A stretch of 64,000 bases of DNA from an uncultured Gammaproteobacteria bacterium (GCA_964367355.1 CAYIWY010000002.1:71296-135295); one strand, 5' to 3'; positions 37,889-47,160 are shown, counted from the stretch's first letter. The notes: generated by a model from the letters alone, not told the origin. A program made the numbers and translations.

Positions 37889-39685
37889 TTATTCAATCTC
37901 CTTCCAGGAATTGATATTGAACCCTCCCCCAGGTCCGGACGAGAAATTTGTATTAGCCAGACCCGATTCGTAGGTCACGGTCGCATTATTTTCCAATTCA
38001 ATTCCGTAACCAGTTATTTCCTTAGCGCCACCATTATTAGCAACATCAACCTGACCACGGGAGCCGTAGATAACAGCCGCACCCACGTTGTTACCGACAT
38101 TAATTGCTGAATTACTACTAGTACAAGTTTGTCCGGTCGGACTATTAGTACCGTTGCAATCGTTTGTCGAAATCAATAAAAAGTAGCTCCCGGCTTGTCC
38201 CGAACCTTGAAAAGTAGTGTTGTTGGAAAGATTTATATAACCATCAGATAGCATAACCCCACCGTTAGCTCCATAACCAGCATCAAGTTTCACTATTACA
38301 TTATTTGATAAAGTAATAGTTCCTTGCACCCAAACTGTTCCTGTAATAGTCAGGGTTACGTTGTTATCCAAAACCATATTACCAGTAATCTTTGTCGGTC
38401 CTAAGGAAGCTGTTGCTCCATTGTTTAGCGTGTAATTTCCACTAACCACTCCTCCTGCTTCTGCCTCTGTTTTCCACTGGTTGATATTGGCATCAGAGAT
38501 AGCAAAATTTTGTGGCGTCGGGTCGGCTTGAGAAGTATTGCAAGCTTTATTATTACCACTCCCAGTTTGGCAATAATTTGTCCCCGCTATTGTCGAGTTG
38601 TTTACTGTATGAGCTCGAGCATCCCCAGTGGAACCTGTTCCGATAAGAACACTATTAATCGTCCCAGTTATCCCCCCTAAATAAAGTTTAAAATAGCCAT
38701 CTAAACTAGTAATATTCCAAGGTCCAGCGGAGTACGGGCCAGTTTTGGCTTGACCATTTGCATAAGTATTGTTTGCCGCCCATTGATAATACCGAGTCGC
38801 ATTGGTTGCCCCATCCAAAACCAACCAGTAAGTAACCCCAGCTATCAGTTGTGGGTTGGAAGTAAAGTTCACGCTCACCCAGCCGTAGCTTGAAGTAACT
38901 GAGGAAGCACTTAAAGATCCGGAGGTCACTGTAGTTGAGCTTGGGTTTCCGCCTGAATCGGTGGTGATTCTAACTGTCAGGTTTCCGGGCGTACTAACTT
39001 TGCGAATATAAAGCTGGACATTATTAGCCAGGTTAGTTGTGGCAACCTGAAAACTTTGGGCCGCATCTTGAGTAGAGCTCGCATTTCCAAAAGCTATCAA
39101 ATTTGTTGGTGTGGAAGGGGTATCATTAATTTGATCTGGGGTCGAGGCGGGACTATTAGCGGCAATAGCCGTTCCCGTGACAAAGGCTCCATTGGAACCA
39201 GTAATACTCCCGTTGGAGTAGACATTACCGTTAACACCGGAATTATTAGCCATCTCCAAACCACCAAAACCGACCTGAACACCGTAATTAAAGGCAACAT
39301 TCGTCGTGGACTGAGTCGTTCCTAGGCCAACTTCCAACTTTCGGTAATTACTACTTATATTTCCGTTGGAAGTAACGACCAAAGCTGTCAACGGACCACT
39401 AACGTCAACCTGAGTACTACCAGTGCCAACGTTCAATGTGTAAGAAGTTGAATAGTTTTTTGCATTGGCGATCCGATAAACCGCATCTTCAATTCCAGAC
39501 TCGGATGTATAGTAACTCTGAGCTGAGTCGACGACATTGCCGATAGTTTTCAGATCGTTGTAAGTCAAAACACCAACACTTGAAATCACAACAAGCATCA
39601 CCGTCACAACTACCAAAATCATTACTAGTGCCGACTGACCTGCTTGGTTTTTGATTTTACCTTTTAATAAATCTAAAGTTTTCAT
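37889..39685 (-). CDS. Large pilus-associated protein with PilX-N-like N-terminus and beta-helix-like G/N/T/S-rich body
   Basis: N-terminus QAGQSALVMILVVVTVMLVV (PilX_N-type). 598 aa, low-complexity repeats typical of tip adhesins. Confidence 0.5.
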   Translation of the reverse strand: MKTLDLLKGKIKNQAGQSALVMILVVVTVMLVVISSVGVLTYNDLKTIGNVVDSAQSYYTSESGIEDAVYRIANAKNYSTSYTLNVGTGSTQVDVSGPLTALVVTSNGNISSNYRKLEVGLGTTQSTTNVAFNYGVQVGFGGLEMANNSGVNGNVYSNGSITGSNGAFVTGTAIAANSPASTPDQINDTPSTPTNLIAFGNASSTQDAAQSFQVATTNLANNVQLYIRKVSTPGNLTVRITTDSGGNPSSTTVTSGSLSASSVTSSYGWVSVNFTSNPQLIAGVTYWLVLDGATNATRYYQWAANNTYANGQAKTGPYSAGPWNITSLDGYFKLYLGGITGTINSVLIGTGSTGDARAHTVNNSTIAGTNYCQTGSGNNKACNTSQADPTPQNFAISDANINQWKTEAEAGGVVSGNYTLNNGATASLGPTKITGNMVLDNNVTLTITGTVWVQGTITLSNNVIVKLDAGYGANGGVMLSDGYINLSNNTTFQGSGQAGSYFLLISTNDCNGTNSPTGQTCTSSNSAINVGNNVGAAVIYGSRGQVDVANNGGAKEITGYGIELENNATVTYESGLANTNFSSGPGGGFNINSWKEIE

Positions 39686-39712
39686 ATTAGTTAAGCAAAA
39701 TTACTTCGTAAT

Positions 39713-40243
39713 TTAGTAAGTCCTCAAAACTGCCGTCGAAGTAAGTGTTACGGCATTTTTTGGTCCGGTGATCGGATCTTTATACTCGACCGTTATCGAA
39801 ATCCGTATTGCATCTGCTCCACCAGTATTATTATTTATAAAAGTCAAGTTGGTGACTTTAACTTTTTCCGAGGTAAGTAGTTGGTCAGACTGGCCCTCAC
39901 GTTTAAGATAAAGATTTCCCTCGTCAACATAAAAATCAACAAAGGTCAGGTCTTCGTCATCAGGCAAATCCCGAACTGATGCCAAACTAAGTTGACCTGG
40001 ATTGGTCCCGAAAACACTTGTCGGGGTATAAATACTATCAGCATGCCGGATTTCCTGGGAAATTGTTTCTAGAGAGCGTCTGGCATTATCCAGCGATTCT
40101 CTGGTTCTTCTGGTTGTCTCGTTCACGCCTAGTAGTTGATTGACGAAAAGTAAAACTACAAGACTTATTACCGCAAGCAGAATTGCATAGATCAGTACCT
40201 CAATTAGTGTGAATCCTTTTTGCTCTAATTTATTAGATTTCAT
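39713..40243 (-). CDS. Prepilin-type minor pilin / pseudopilin
   Basis: KGFTLIEVLIYAILLAVISLVVL N-terminal methylation motif (G|FTLIE). Confidence 0.7.
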   Translation of the reverse strand: MKSNKLEQKGFTLIEVLIYAILLAVISLVVLLFVNQLLGVNETTRRTRESLDNARRSLETISQEIRHADSIYTPTSVFGTNPGQLSLASVRDLPDDEDLTFVDFYVDEGNLYLKREGQSDQLLTSEKVKVTNLTFINNNTGGADAIRISITVEYKDPITGPKNAVTLTSTAVLRTY

Positions 40244-40244
40244 T

Positions 40245-40730
40245 TTAATTATTTTTAATATTTGCAATATAGCTAGTTAGTTTTACTGATTTTAATCCCG
40301 AGTCTGTCCAACTAACTGTTGCAACAACTTTTTTGGTATTGGGATCATTTGTACCACCGCTAGATAGAATATTAAAACTGCCGTCACGACCAATATTTGA
40401 AAAAACTATAGTTGGAGTGTAGTAGCTGGAAGAATTGGAATTCGTCGTCGTCAAGGACCAGGTAGTACCAGTGAGTTTCGGATAATAAGTTGTTCCAGCG
40501 GTCAAACCTGCAATATTAGTCGTCCAATTGTCATCTTTTAGTTTTCTGACAACTTCCATCGCTTCTTCCCCTACCGCAACTGCTTCGGTATTTCTCTGGG
40601 CTTTCAAAGTCGCGCTGCGAGAAAAAAGAATAAAGCTAAGAAAGGCAGTAAAAGAAATAACAATGATTGTTGCAGTAATTACTATCTCGATTAAACCAAA
40701 TCCGTTTTGAGTTTTGTGTTTGTTTCTCAT
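40245..40730 (-). CDS. Prepilin-type minor pilin (PilV-like)
   Basis: NGFGLIEIVITATIIVISF N-terminal motif. Confidence 0.7.
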   Translation of the reverse strand: MRNKHKTQNGFGLIEIVITATIIVISFTAFLSFILFSRSATLKAQRNTEAVAVGEEAMEVVRKLKDDNWTTNIAGLTAGTTYYPKLTGTTWSLTTTNSNSSSYYTPTIVFSNIGRDGSFNILSSGGTNDPNTKKVVATVSWTDSGLKSVKLTSYIANIKNN

Positions 40731-41677
40731 TGGGTAGTCATCGTGCCTCCATACGCACCCACTGTTGCGACTCCGGCTGCGGAATAGGAAACTATTCCCT
40801 TGGAATCAATACTTATATCCAATGCTTTATCATTGAAACGTTTATCGCGAGTGATACTTAAATCTGTATCGAAAGCATCAAGTGAGTGGGTATGCACCCG
40901 AAGCGTTTGGTTACTACCATTAACATCTATTGTTCCTGACCAATCAAAAACCGATTTTGGACCATCAAAAAAGCCGACCATCGCAATATTTTGGACCGTA
41001 TCTGGATTTGGTGAATTGTGAAAAGTCAGTGTAAGTGTGACTGCAGTTTGAAGAGTCCAGCCTAAATCGAAATGCAGGTGACGGCTGTCGGTAACACGAG
41101 CAGTGGGAGAAGCAATTGTATCGGTAATGCTCACCTGCCCAGAGGATGCAATATTTATTGTTTTCGTCTTGCTTGTATCACTAGTTAGGCGTACAACTAC
41201 ACTACCGAATTGAGTTGTCGTCCCACGAATACGAGCAAAAACAACCTCACTCCCTCCTCCATTTAAACTTATCGAACTAATCTCGCTATCTCCTAAAAGA
41301 TATTCTTTATTGCCAGCTGCGCCATCTGTATAGCTAGTACCAGTAAAAAGAACATATTTCGTTGTTTCAAAATGTACACCGTAGGCACTTTGGCTCTTGG
41401 AGGCTAACGTCTGACTGCGAGCTAGCCTAAGTGTACTTAAAATGTTTTGTGAAGAAGATTCAAGAGAAATCTGTTTGTTCAATGTTGATAAACTAAAAAG
41501 AGTAACTACGGTGATGATCAGAATTATCCCAATCGCGATAAGTATTTCGATAAGCGTGAATCCTTTGGGTTCAACGCTTGCGCTGCGAAGCATCTTAAGC
41601 GTGAATCCGTTACTTTTTTTTATAACATCAAAGTTTTTAGGAAAAGAGAAAAGTTTTTTTCGACTTGTAGAAGACAT
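40727..41677 (-). CDS. Prepilin-type pseudopilin (FimT/GspH-like)
   Basis: KGFTLIEILIAIGIILIITVV motif. The true start may be the internal MLRSASVEPKGFTL (~41593). Confidence 0.65.
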   Translation of the reverse strand: MSSTSRKKLFSFPKNFDVIKKSNGFTLKMLRSASVEPKGFTLIEILIAIGIILIITVVTLFSLSTLNKQISLESSSQNILSTLRLARSQTLASKSQSAYGVHFETTKYVLFTGTSYTDGAAGNKEYLLGDSEISSISLNGGGSEVVFARIRGTTTQFGSVVVRLTSDTSKTKTINIASSGQVSITDTIASPTARVTDSRHLHFDLGWTLQTAVTLTLTFHNSPNPDTVQNIAMVGFFDGPKSVFDWSGTIDVNGSNQTLRVHTHSLDAFDTDLSITRDKRFNDKALDISIDSKGIVSYSAAGVATVGAYGGTMTTQ

Positions 41678-41727
41678 AAGGCAGTTTTAGGTTAAGGTAA
41701 TTGTATCAAAAATTGGAGAAAAACGCA

Positions 41728-42507
41728 CTAAAGAAGAATTTTAGCAAACCAACTGCTCACTGTCTCACAAACTTCTTTAAGATGTTCTGGTTTTGTGTAG
41801 TCGTGATCTGAACCTTTAATAATTTTTAGTTGTTTGTTGGTAAACTGAACACGATCGAAATAATTTTGAGTATGACTAAGCAACCCATCATTAGTTCCAC
41901 AAAGAACCATTATCGGGCAGCTAATATTTTCAATCTCTTTGTCCATTTCGTAACTAACCCCATCATCGTAAAAAGATTTATTGAGTTTGAGGTTTCGTTG
42001 GGATGATCGCGAATAAACATAACCAAACCCTTTTTCTCTTGCTTCCTTGATGTAATCACCATAATATCTCTCAAAAGTTTCTGTAAAACTATAAACTGCC
42101 GAAAGCGGTGCTAATGCCTTAATTTCCGGATGAGTCGCACTATACCAACTAACAACCAAACCACCTAAAGAATGTCCTGCCAAACCAATCTTTTTTGGGT
42201 CGATCTCTTTTTGCGTTTTAACAAAATTTATTGCCTGATCCAAAACTTCTAACTCGTAACTGATGGTCATATCCTCAAAAGGTAAACTGCTCTCTCCCGG
42301 ATTTTCCGTAAAATCAAATCGCAGCGTTGCAAGGCCCATCCTTGTCAATGCTTGTGCGATTATTTTGAGATGGTCCTGGTTACGGTCTCCCTTGAATCCA
42401 TGGCAAAGAATTACCACTGGAAGTGGTTTAGTCCACTCCGGAATCGATAATGTGCCAACTATTTTTCGGCCTTGTTTATCTTTAAACTCAACCAATTTTT
42501 CATGCAT
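41728..42507 (-). CDS. Alpha/beta hydrolase (dienelactone hydrolase/esterase-like)
   Basis: Nucleophile elbow GHSLGG plus downstream Asp/His. 259 aa. Confidence 0.7.
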   Translation of the reverse strand: MHEKLVEFKDKQGRKIVGTLSIPEWTKPLPVVILCHGFKGDRNQDHLKIIAQALTRMGLATLRFDFTENPGESSLPFEDMTISYELEVLDQAINFVKTQKEIDPKKIGLAGHSLGGLVVSWYSATHPEIKALAPLSAVYSFTETFERYYGDYIKEAREKGFGYVYSRSSQRNLKLNKSFYDDGVSYEMDKEIENISCPIMVLCGTNDGLLSHTQNYFDRVQFTNKQLKIIKGSDHDYTKPEHLKEVCETVSSWFAKILL

Positions 42508-42514
42508 AATCTTG

Positions 42515-42530
42515 TATCAATCTATTGATA
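42515..42530 (-). promoter_or_regulatory. Palindromic operator-like site TATCAATCTATTGATA, 8 nt upstream of the hydrolase start
   Basis: 7-bp perfect arms (TATCAAT/ATTGATA). Same motif at 42940..42955 and 60774..60788. Confidence 0.5.
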
Positions 42531-42542
42531 TATTAAAGCAAA

Positions 42543-42935
42543 TTAACGAAACAGCTTCCCTCTAGCTTTCATATCAGTCTTTGCTTTTAAAGCTGCTTCC
42601 AGCCAACTCGTTTGTTTATTTTTATCAAATTGTTTGGTAACCTTACTTATAAAAGCGTTGAAACTCTTTACTTCCAATTTGGAATTAATCTCTCTAATTG
42701 TCGCGGTACTTACTTTCAGTTCTTGCGAAATACTTCGGTAATCGACGCCTTCCTTTAACATAACGGCAATCGCCAACCTCTTTGCTAACATAACTTTCTC
42801 AGCCTTGGAAAGAAACACTTCAAAAACTGCTTTCACTTCTTGTTTATCATGTAAATCAACGATCATCTCGTAAAATGTACTAAAAATCTTTGTGAACGTC
42901 TTTTGTTTAATTGGGTTTTTAGAAACTCTTGTCAT
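42543..42935 (-). CDS. TrpR-like YerC/YecD-family DNA-binding protein
   Basis: FEVFLSKAEKVMLAKRLAIAVMLKEGVDYRSISQELKVSTATIREI is collinear with B. subtilis YerC (…AQRLEVARMLREGHTYRDIVQELGVSSATISRV…). Confidence 0.75.
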   Translation of the reverse strand: MTRVSKNPIKQKTFTKIFSTFYEMIVDLHDKQEVKAVFEVFLSKAEKVMLAKRLAIAVMLKEGVDYRSISQELKVSTATIREINSKLEVKSFNAFISKVTKQFDKNKQTSWLEAALKAKTDMKARGKLFR

Positions 42936-42939
42936 TATG

Positions 42940-42955
42940 TATCAATCTATTGATA
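42940..42955 (-). promoter_or_regulatory. Palindromic operator-like site TATCAATCTATTGATA, 5 nt upstream of the yerC-like start
   Basis: Identical palindrome plus shared flank (..ATTGATAAATTGAAACA) with the 60.78 kb copy. Confidence 0.5.
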
Positions 42956-42988
42956 AATTGAAACATTGTCAATACAGGGATTCACTAG

Positions 42989-44404
42989 TTAACGAACTAT
43001 TTTCTTAAGTTTTGTTCCTCTTTCCTCATCGATAACTTCAAACCCCTTCTCTGCAATTTGTTTACGCAATTGGTCAGACTTTGCAAAATCTTTGTCCGCT
43101 CTGGCCTTTTCTCTTTGTTTAACCAAATCTTGAATTTCAGTTGGAATGGGTTGTTCGGCAATAGCATTTAACCCAAGGCCCAAAACTTCATCAAATTTCA
43201 GCAAACTTTGAAGTTTGGCAGAAGCAGGGTAATCCGACTTAACCAGATCCCACATTACTGCCAATGCTTTCGGGGTATCGAGGTCATTGTTAATTGCCTC
43301 AAGAAATTGCTGTTCAAACTCAGCGCATCCCACTTTGGCTTCACCATAACTTGAAACCTCGCGGTAAAGATTTGTCAACGCACTCTGCGCAGCTTGCAAA
43401 CTTTCCCAAGTAAAATTCATTTTACTGCGGTAGTGTGCAGTTAAACAAAGGTAACGAAAGGCTAAGGGATTTACACCTTTTTCGATCAGATCTTCTAGCG
43501 TCAAAACGCTGCTACCCGACTTGGCCATTTTATCGCCATCAAGTTGTAAGAATTCATTGTGCAGCCAAAATTTGGCCAGGATCTTATCAAAAGCTGCTTC
43601 GGATTGAGCAATTTCATTGCTGTGGTGGGTACCGATATGATCGACACCGCCAGTGTGAATATCGATTGGTTCCCCTAAACTTTCGTGAATGATTGCCGAA
43701 CACTCTAAGTGCCAACCTGGAAAACCCTCACCCCAAAGGCTGGGCCAGTGCATTTGGTGCTCCTTGAAACGTCCGGTGGTAAAGAACCAGAGAGCAAAAT
43801 CTTGCGGATGGTGTTTGTTTTCATCAGTGACAACTTCGGCTCGGGCGCCAACTTCTTTATCGACTAGTTTTTGGCCGGACAATTTTCCGTAGTCAGCAAC
43901 TTTAGTAACATCAAAATAAATTGCCTCTTCCGTCTGATAAGCAAAGCCTTTTTCGAGCAGAGTTTGTACCATGGCAACTTGTTCTTTGATCATCGACGTA
44001 GCTTTTATCAATTTTTTTGAAGGCAGGATATTGAGGGCTTGGGTGTGGCGCTTGAAAGCATCGGTATAAAATTCCGCCACTTGCCAAACTGTTTTATTCT
44101 CACGCGCCGCCCCTTTTTCGAGTTTGTCTTCGCCCTCGTCGGCGTCACTGGCCAGATGACCAACGTCAGTAATGTTCATCACGTGATTAACGTCAAGCGA
44201 GTTGAATTCTAAAGTCCGCCGCAAAATGTCATTGAAAACGCTATTGCGTAAATTGCCAATGTGAGCGTAGTGATAGACCGTCGGCCCACAGGTGTAAAGC
44301 TTTACCACGTTTCCTTCGAGGGGTAAGAACTTTTCTTTTTTGCGAGAAAGCGTGTTGGTTAAAAAAATATCTGCCATTTGACTCATTATAGTATTATATA
44401 TCAA
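42989..44404 (-). CDS. cysS: Cysteinyl-tRNA synthetase
   Basis: HIGN (HYAHIGN), KMAKS (KMSKS variant), class-I Rossmann fold and anticodon-binding domain. 471 aa. Confidence 0.95.
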   Translation of the reverse strand: MIYNTIMSQMADIFLTNTLSRKKEKFLPLEGNVVKLYTCGPTVYHYAHIGNLRNSVFNDILRRTLEFNSLDVNHVMNITDVGHLASDADEGEDKLEKGAARENKTVWQVAEFYTDAFKRHTQALNILPSKKLIKATSMIKEQVAMVQTLLEKGFAYQTEEAIYFDVTKVADYGKLSGQKLVDKEVGARAEVVTDENKHHPQDFALWFFTTGRFKEHQMHWPSLWGEGFPGWHLECSAIIHESLGEPIDIHTGGVDHIGTHHSNEIAQSEAAFDKILAKFWLHNEFLQLDGDKMAKSGSSVLTLEDLIEKGVNPLAFRYLCLTAHYRSKMNFTWESLQAAQSALTNLYREVSSYGEAKVGCAEFEQQFLEAINNDLDTPKALAVMWDLVKSDYPASAKLQSLLKFDEVLGLGLNAIAEQPIPTEIQDLVKQREKARADKDFAKSDQLRKQIAEKGFEVIDEERGTKLKKIVR

Positions 44405-44436
44405 CCATTGGGTATGAAGGTCGGAAAAAGGAGGTT

Positions 44437-44652
44437 TTGATGACCGGGCCCAAAGCTAGAAGCGTAACAGAAGTTGGAAGAGGCGACTACATCAAAGTTG
44501 GTGATCAGTGGAAGAAAATTGTTTCCAACTCCGCCGCTGGTGCACAAAGCACACCAAGGAACTGGGTCGTTCGGACAGAGGGTGGTGGCGAGTACAGCAT
44601 GTGGAGTATTAACGCTTACGCAAAGGCAGACGATTTGAATCCTAAGCCTTAG
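44437..44652 (+). CDS. Hypothetical small protein (71 aa, GC-richer)
   Basis: SD AAAAGGAGGttttgATG. Own intrinsic terminator at 44669..44708. Confidence 0.5.
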   Translation: MMTGPKARSVTEVGRGDYIKVGDQWKKIVSNSAAGAQSTPRNWVVRTEGGGEYSMWSINAYAKADDLNPKP

Positions 44653-44668
44653 AGCTAAACCGGCCAAT

Positions 44669-44708
44669 GAGCGAGGTATGACATAATTGTCGCCTCGCTT
44701 TTCTTTTT
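44669..44708 (+). terminator. Rho-independent terminator
   Basis: agcgagg-N16-cctcgct + ttttctttttcc. Confidence 0.6.
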
Positions 44709-44758
44709 CCAAATTTGGCTATAGGGTGTATAATTTATTTGAGTGAAAGGAGATAACG

Positions 44759-45028
44759 GTGATCAGAGTGATCTTCGTAACCTTAATGGTAAAAGGACTA
44801 GTACTAGGTGTTTTGTGGGGAGCTTTCGGCCTAGGACAAATCCTGGAACCAGGTTTCCTCGGTAGCGCGGGTAACCCCATAGGAGACAGGCTTCTCGGTA
44901 TATTAGACCTTTTCGTAGGAGCAATATTAGCTGTAATGTGCTTCCTGTGTCTATTTGTATTGGATGGTGGGGCTTGGTATAAGAAAAACTGGCACCAATA
45001 TCAAAAGGAAGGAGATCCACATGTCTGA
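44759..45028 (+). CDS. Small membrane protein (89 aa, 2-3 TM)
   Basis: SD GAAAGGAG + GTG start. Stop overlaps the next gene's ATG (translational coupling). Confidence 0.45.
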   Translation: MIRVIFVTLMVKGLVLGVLWGAFGLGQILEPGFLGSAGNPIGDRLLGILDLFVGAILAVMCFLCLFVLDGGAWYKKNWHQYQKEGDPHV

Positions 45029-45380
45029 CGATCGAAAGTTCTTTGTTTTCATTGGGGGTAGAGACTACCATCCAGATAGTCGTCATTTCAGTCCCGTCCT
45101 AGGACAACCCTACATCGTCGTAACACTCCAGGCTACCTCCAAAGGGTGGTACGCAGAAGGAGAGGTGCGGTCCGACGTTCCGAATACTGAGATTCGTCCT
45201 CACGTAATATCGTCATCGACAACTCATTTGGAAGATGATCTCAGAGGGTTTCTTGGCAACAAGGCAAGGGCAGAAGATATCGGACTCATGACTAGAGCGG
45301 TCTACTCAGTGCTGGTTAACCTCGTTATCGATTCTGCCAAGAAAACGCAAGACCCAGAAGTTACTGCAGCAGCCCATTAA
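45020..45380 (+). CDS. Hypothetical protein (119 aa)
   Basis: MSDDRKFFVFIGGRDYHPDS... with SD AAGGAAGGAGatccacATG. Followed by the terminator at 45390..45425. Confidence 0.5.
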
Positions 45381-45389
45381 GCAGCTCAA

Positions 45390-45425
45390 AAGCGAGGATT
45401 AAAACCCCTCGCTTTACTTTTTTTA
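45390..45425 (+). terminator. Rho-independent terminator (possibly bidirectional with the DUF1003 gene)
   Basis: agcgagg-attaaaacc-cctcgct + ttacttttttta. Confidence 0.6.
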
Positions 45426-45845
45426 TTTGGAAACTTTTGGAGGTTCTTGACCTGGGAAGTTAGATTCAATTTTTTCAATCAGACGGCGAACTTCAGATAA
45501 ATCTTCGGACAAATCGGTAAATTCTTCTTTGATGTCCTCAATGTCTTCTTCAATTTCTTCTTGCTCGGCCTCATCTTCTTTATCTCTTTGTTCAGCAATT
45601 TCTGCTTGGCGGTTTTGGTTAACCATAATGAAAGTTGCCAGAAAAATTGCTTCGAGTGAAACGATCATTGTGAGAAGACCAAAAGGAAAGGAATCCCCGA
45701 TTTTGCGCGCAAACAGCACCCACAAGACAAACCAAATAATGTGTATGTAAACAAAGGCCATACTCCCAGCAAAACGGGTTATTTTATCAGCGATTTTTGT
45801 TTCACTTTCATGAAATTTTTTATTTTTGAATCCTAGAAAAAACAT
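45423..45845 (-). CDS. DUF1003-family membrane protein
   Basis: KIADKITRFAGSMAFVYIHIIWFVLWVL...FPFGLLTMIVSLEAIFLATFIMVNQNRQ followed by an acidic coiled-coil tail. Confidence 0.65.
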   Translation of the reverse strand: MFFLGFKNKKFHESETKIADKITRFAGSMAFVYIHIIWFVLWVLFARKIGDSFPFGLLTMIVSLEAIFLATFIMVNQNRQAEIAEQRDKEDEAEQEEIEEDIEDIKEEFTDLSEDLSEVRRLIEKIESNFPGQEPPKVSK

Positions 45846-46716
45846 CGATCAAAGAGCGTTATTAAACAGTGTAAACATAATTCAAATTGGTTGGTAGTTA
45901 ATAAGTTAGGGGTTGGTAGCAGTGGCTTTATCGTCGTCTCTGAAGCTAATTTTACTAAATTTGAGATTAAATTGCAACTAGTTTCAAGAGGAAGGCGGGG
46001 GTAGAGTGCTTTGCTGTAAACGGCGGGGTACAGCAAATCATTTTCTACCCCCATTTTGTATCACCGACAAAGTTCGCCTCCGTAATCGTGTCGTGTGCGG
46101 GGACCCTTACCTCGATCACAATAAACTTACTTGTCGGTAGACACCAAAGGTTGTTTTGGGGAGTGGTCAGAAGATTTTTAGTCCTGGCGGGGTAGGTTTT
46201 CTTAAAGGTGCTGGAGGCAACCTTCTTTGCATCCCCTGCTAGCCACTCCCCAATTCTGATTCTCTATTGCAACTCTCCTCTCTTAGAGCTAGCGTGAATC
46301 GTGTTTTCACTTTTCACTAGCTTGCTAGCTTAAAAGTACTCTTATGTCAATAAAAAATCAAGAAGAAAATATTTTAAAAAGAAGCGGGGCATGCAAGTGA
46401 GAGTTTCACAAACATGCCCCAAAGCTAGACTCATACCTCCTTCCCTTCTACCGTAACGTATTCAAAGTTGGGACTGACTGGTTTTTGTATTTCCCCCGCC
46501 AAAGTTCGATACGCACCCCGGGTTTCCACCAAAGAGCTGAAACCATCTCGCCCAACAACCGTCTCGAATACGCCAATACCTACTCGGCTAGTCGGTGGCA
46601 GCAGATATACATATCTATATACTCTTTTTTAATTGAAGTTTCAAGCAAACAAGGAAGGGGCTTACAATGTACACCTCCGAGGTGTACATGTACTTTTGTG
46701 AATTAAGAAGGTTTTT

Positions 46717-47160
46717 TTAGGATAATTTTTGTTTAACTAGGTCGCTAACCAGACCCATATCGGCTTTGCCTTTAAGTTTTGCTGAAAGCATGCCCATAAG
46801 TCGACCCATTTCTGTTATCGAAGAAGCACCGCTCGAAGCAATAACCAGAGTTACTTCTTTTTCGATTTCTTCTCTGCTCATTTGTTCTGGGAGATAAGAT
46901 TGCAAAATTGAGAGTTCCTTTTTTTCTTTGGCGGCCATTTCAGTTCGGTTGCCTTTTTCAAACGCTTCGATACTCTCGCGGTGGCGCTTCACTTGTCTTT
47001 CAAGCAAGATAGCTATATCTTCGTCCTCAAGTTCCCTTTGTTTTTCGATTTTTAAGTTTTTCATATCAGCCATCAGAAATCTGATCGTTGAGACTCGCAG
47101 CTCGTCACGGGCCATCATTGCTTCTTTTAAATCATTAGTTAATTTTTCATTCAAACTCAT
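46717..47160 (-). CDS. yqeY: GatB/YqeY-domain protein
   Basis: MSLNEKLTNDLKEAMMARDELRVSTIRFLMADMKNLKIEKQRELEDEDIAILLERQVKRHRESIEAFEKGNR. Confidence 0.85.
   Translation of the reverse strand: MSLNEKLTNDLKEAMMARDELRVSTIRFLMADMKNLKIEKQRELEDEDIAILLERQVKRHRESIEAFEKGNRTEMAAKEKKELSILQSYLPEQMSREEIEKEVTLVIASSGASSITEMGRLMGMLSAKLKGKADMGLVSDLVKQKLS

Noticed and set aside
45833-46054. 73-aa reverse-strand ORF spanning the first large hairpin
   Set aside because: No SD. It is encoded across a 10+8-bp nested perfect hairpin and is more likely non-coding.
46540-46620. Possible tRNA/tmRNA-like T-arm (GUUCGAUAC / UUCGAGAC strings)
   Set aside because: The flanks do not form the 5-bp T-stem or an acceptor stem, and no CCA context is present. 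Retained only as part of the unexplained structured region.
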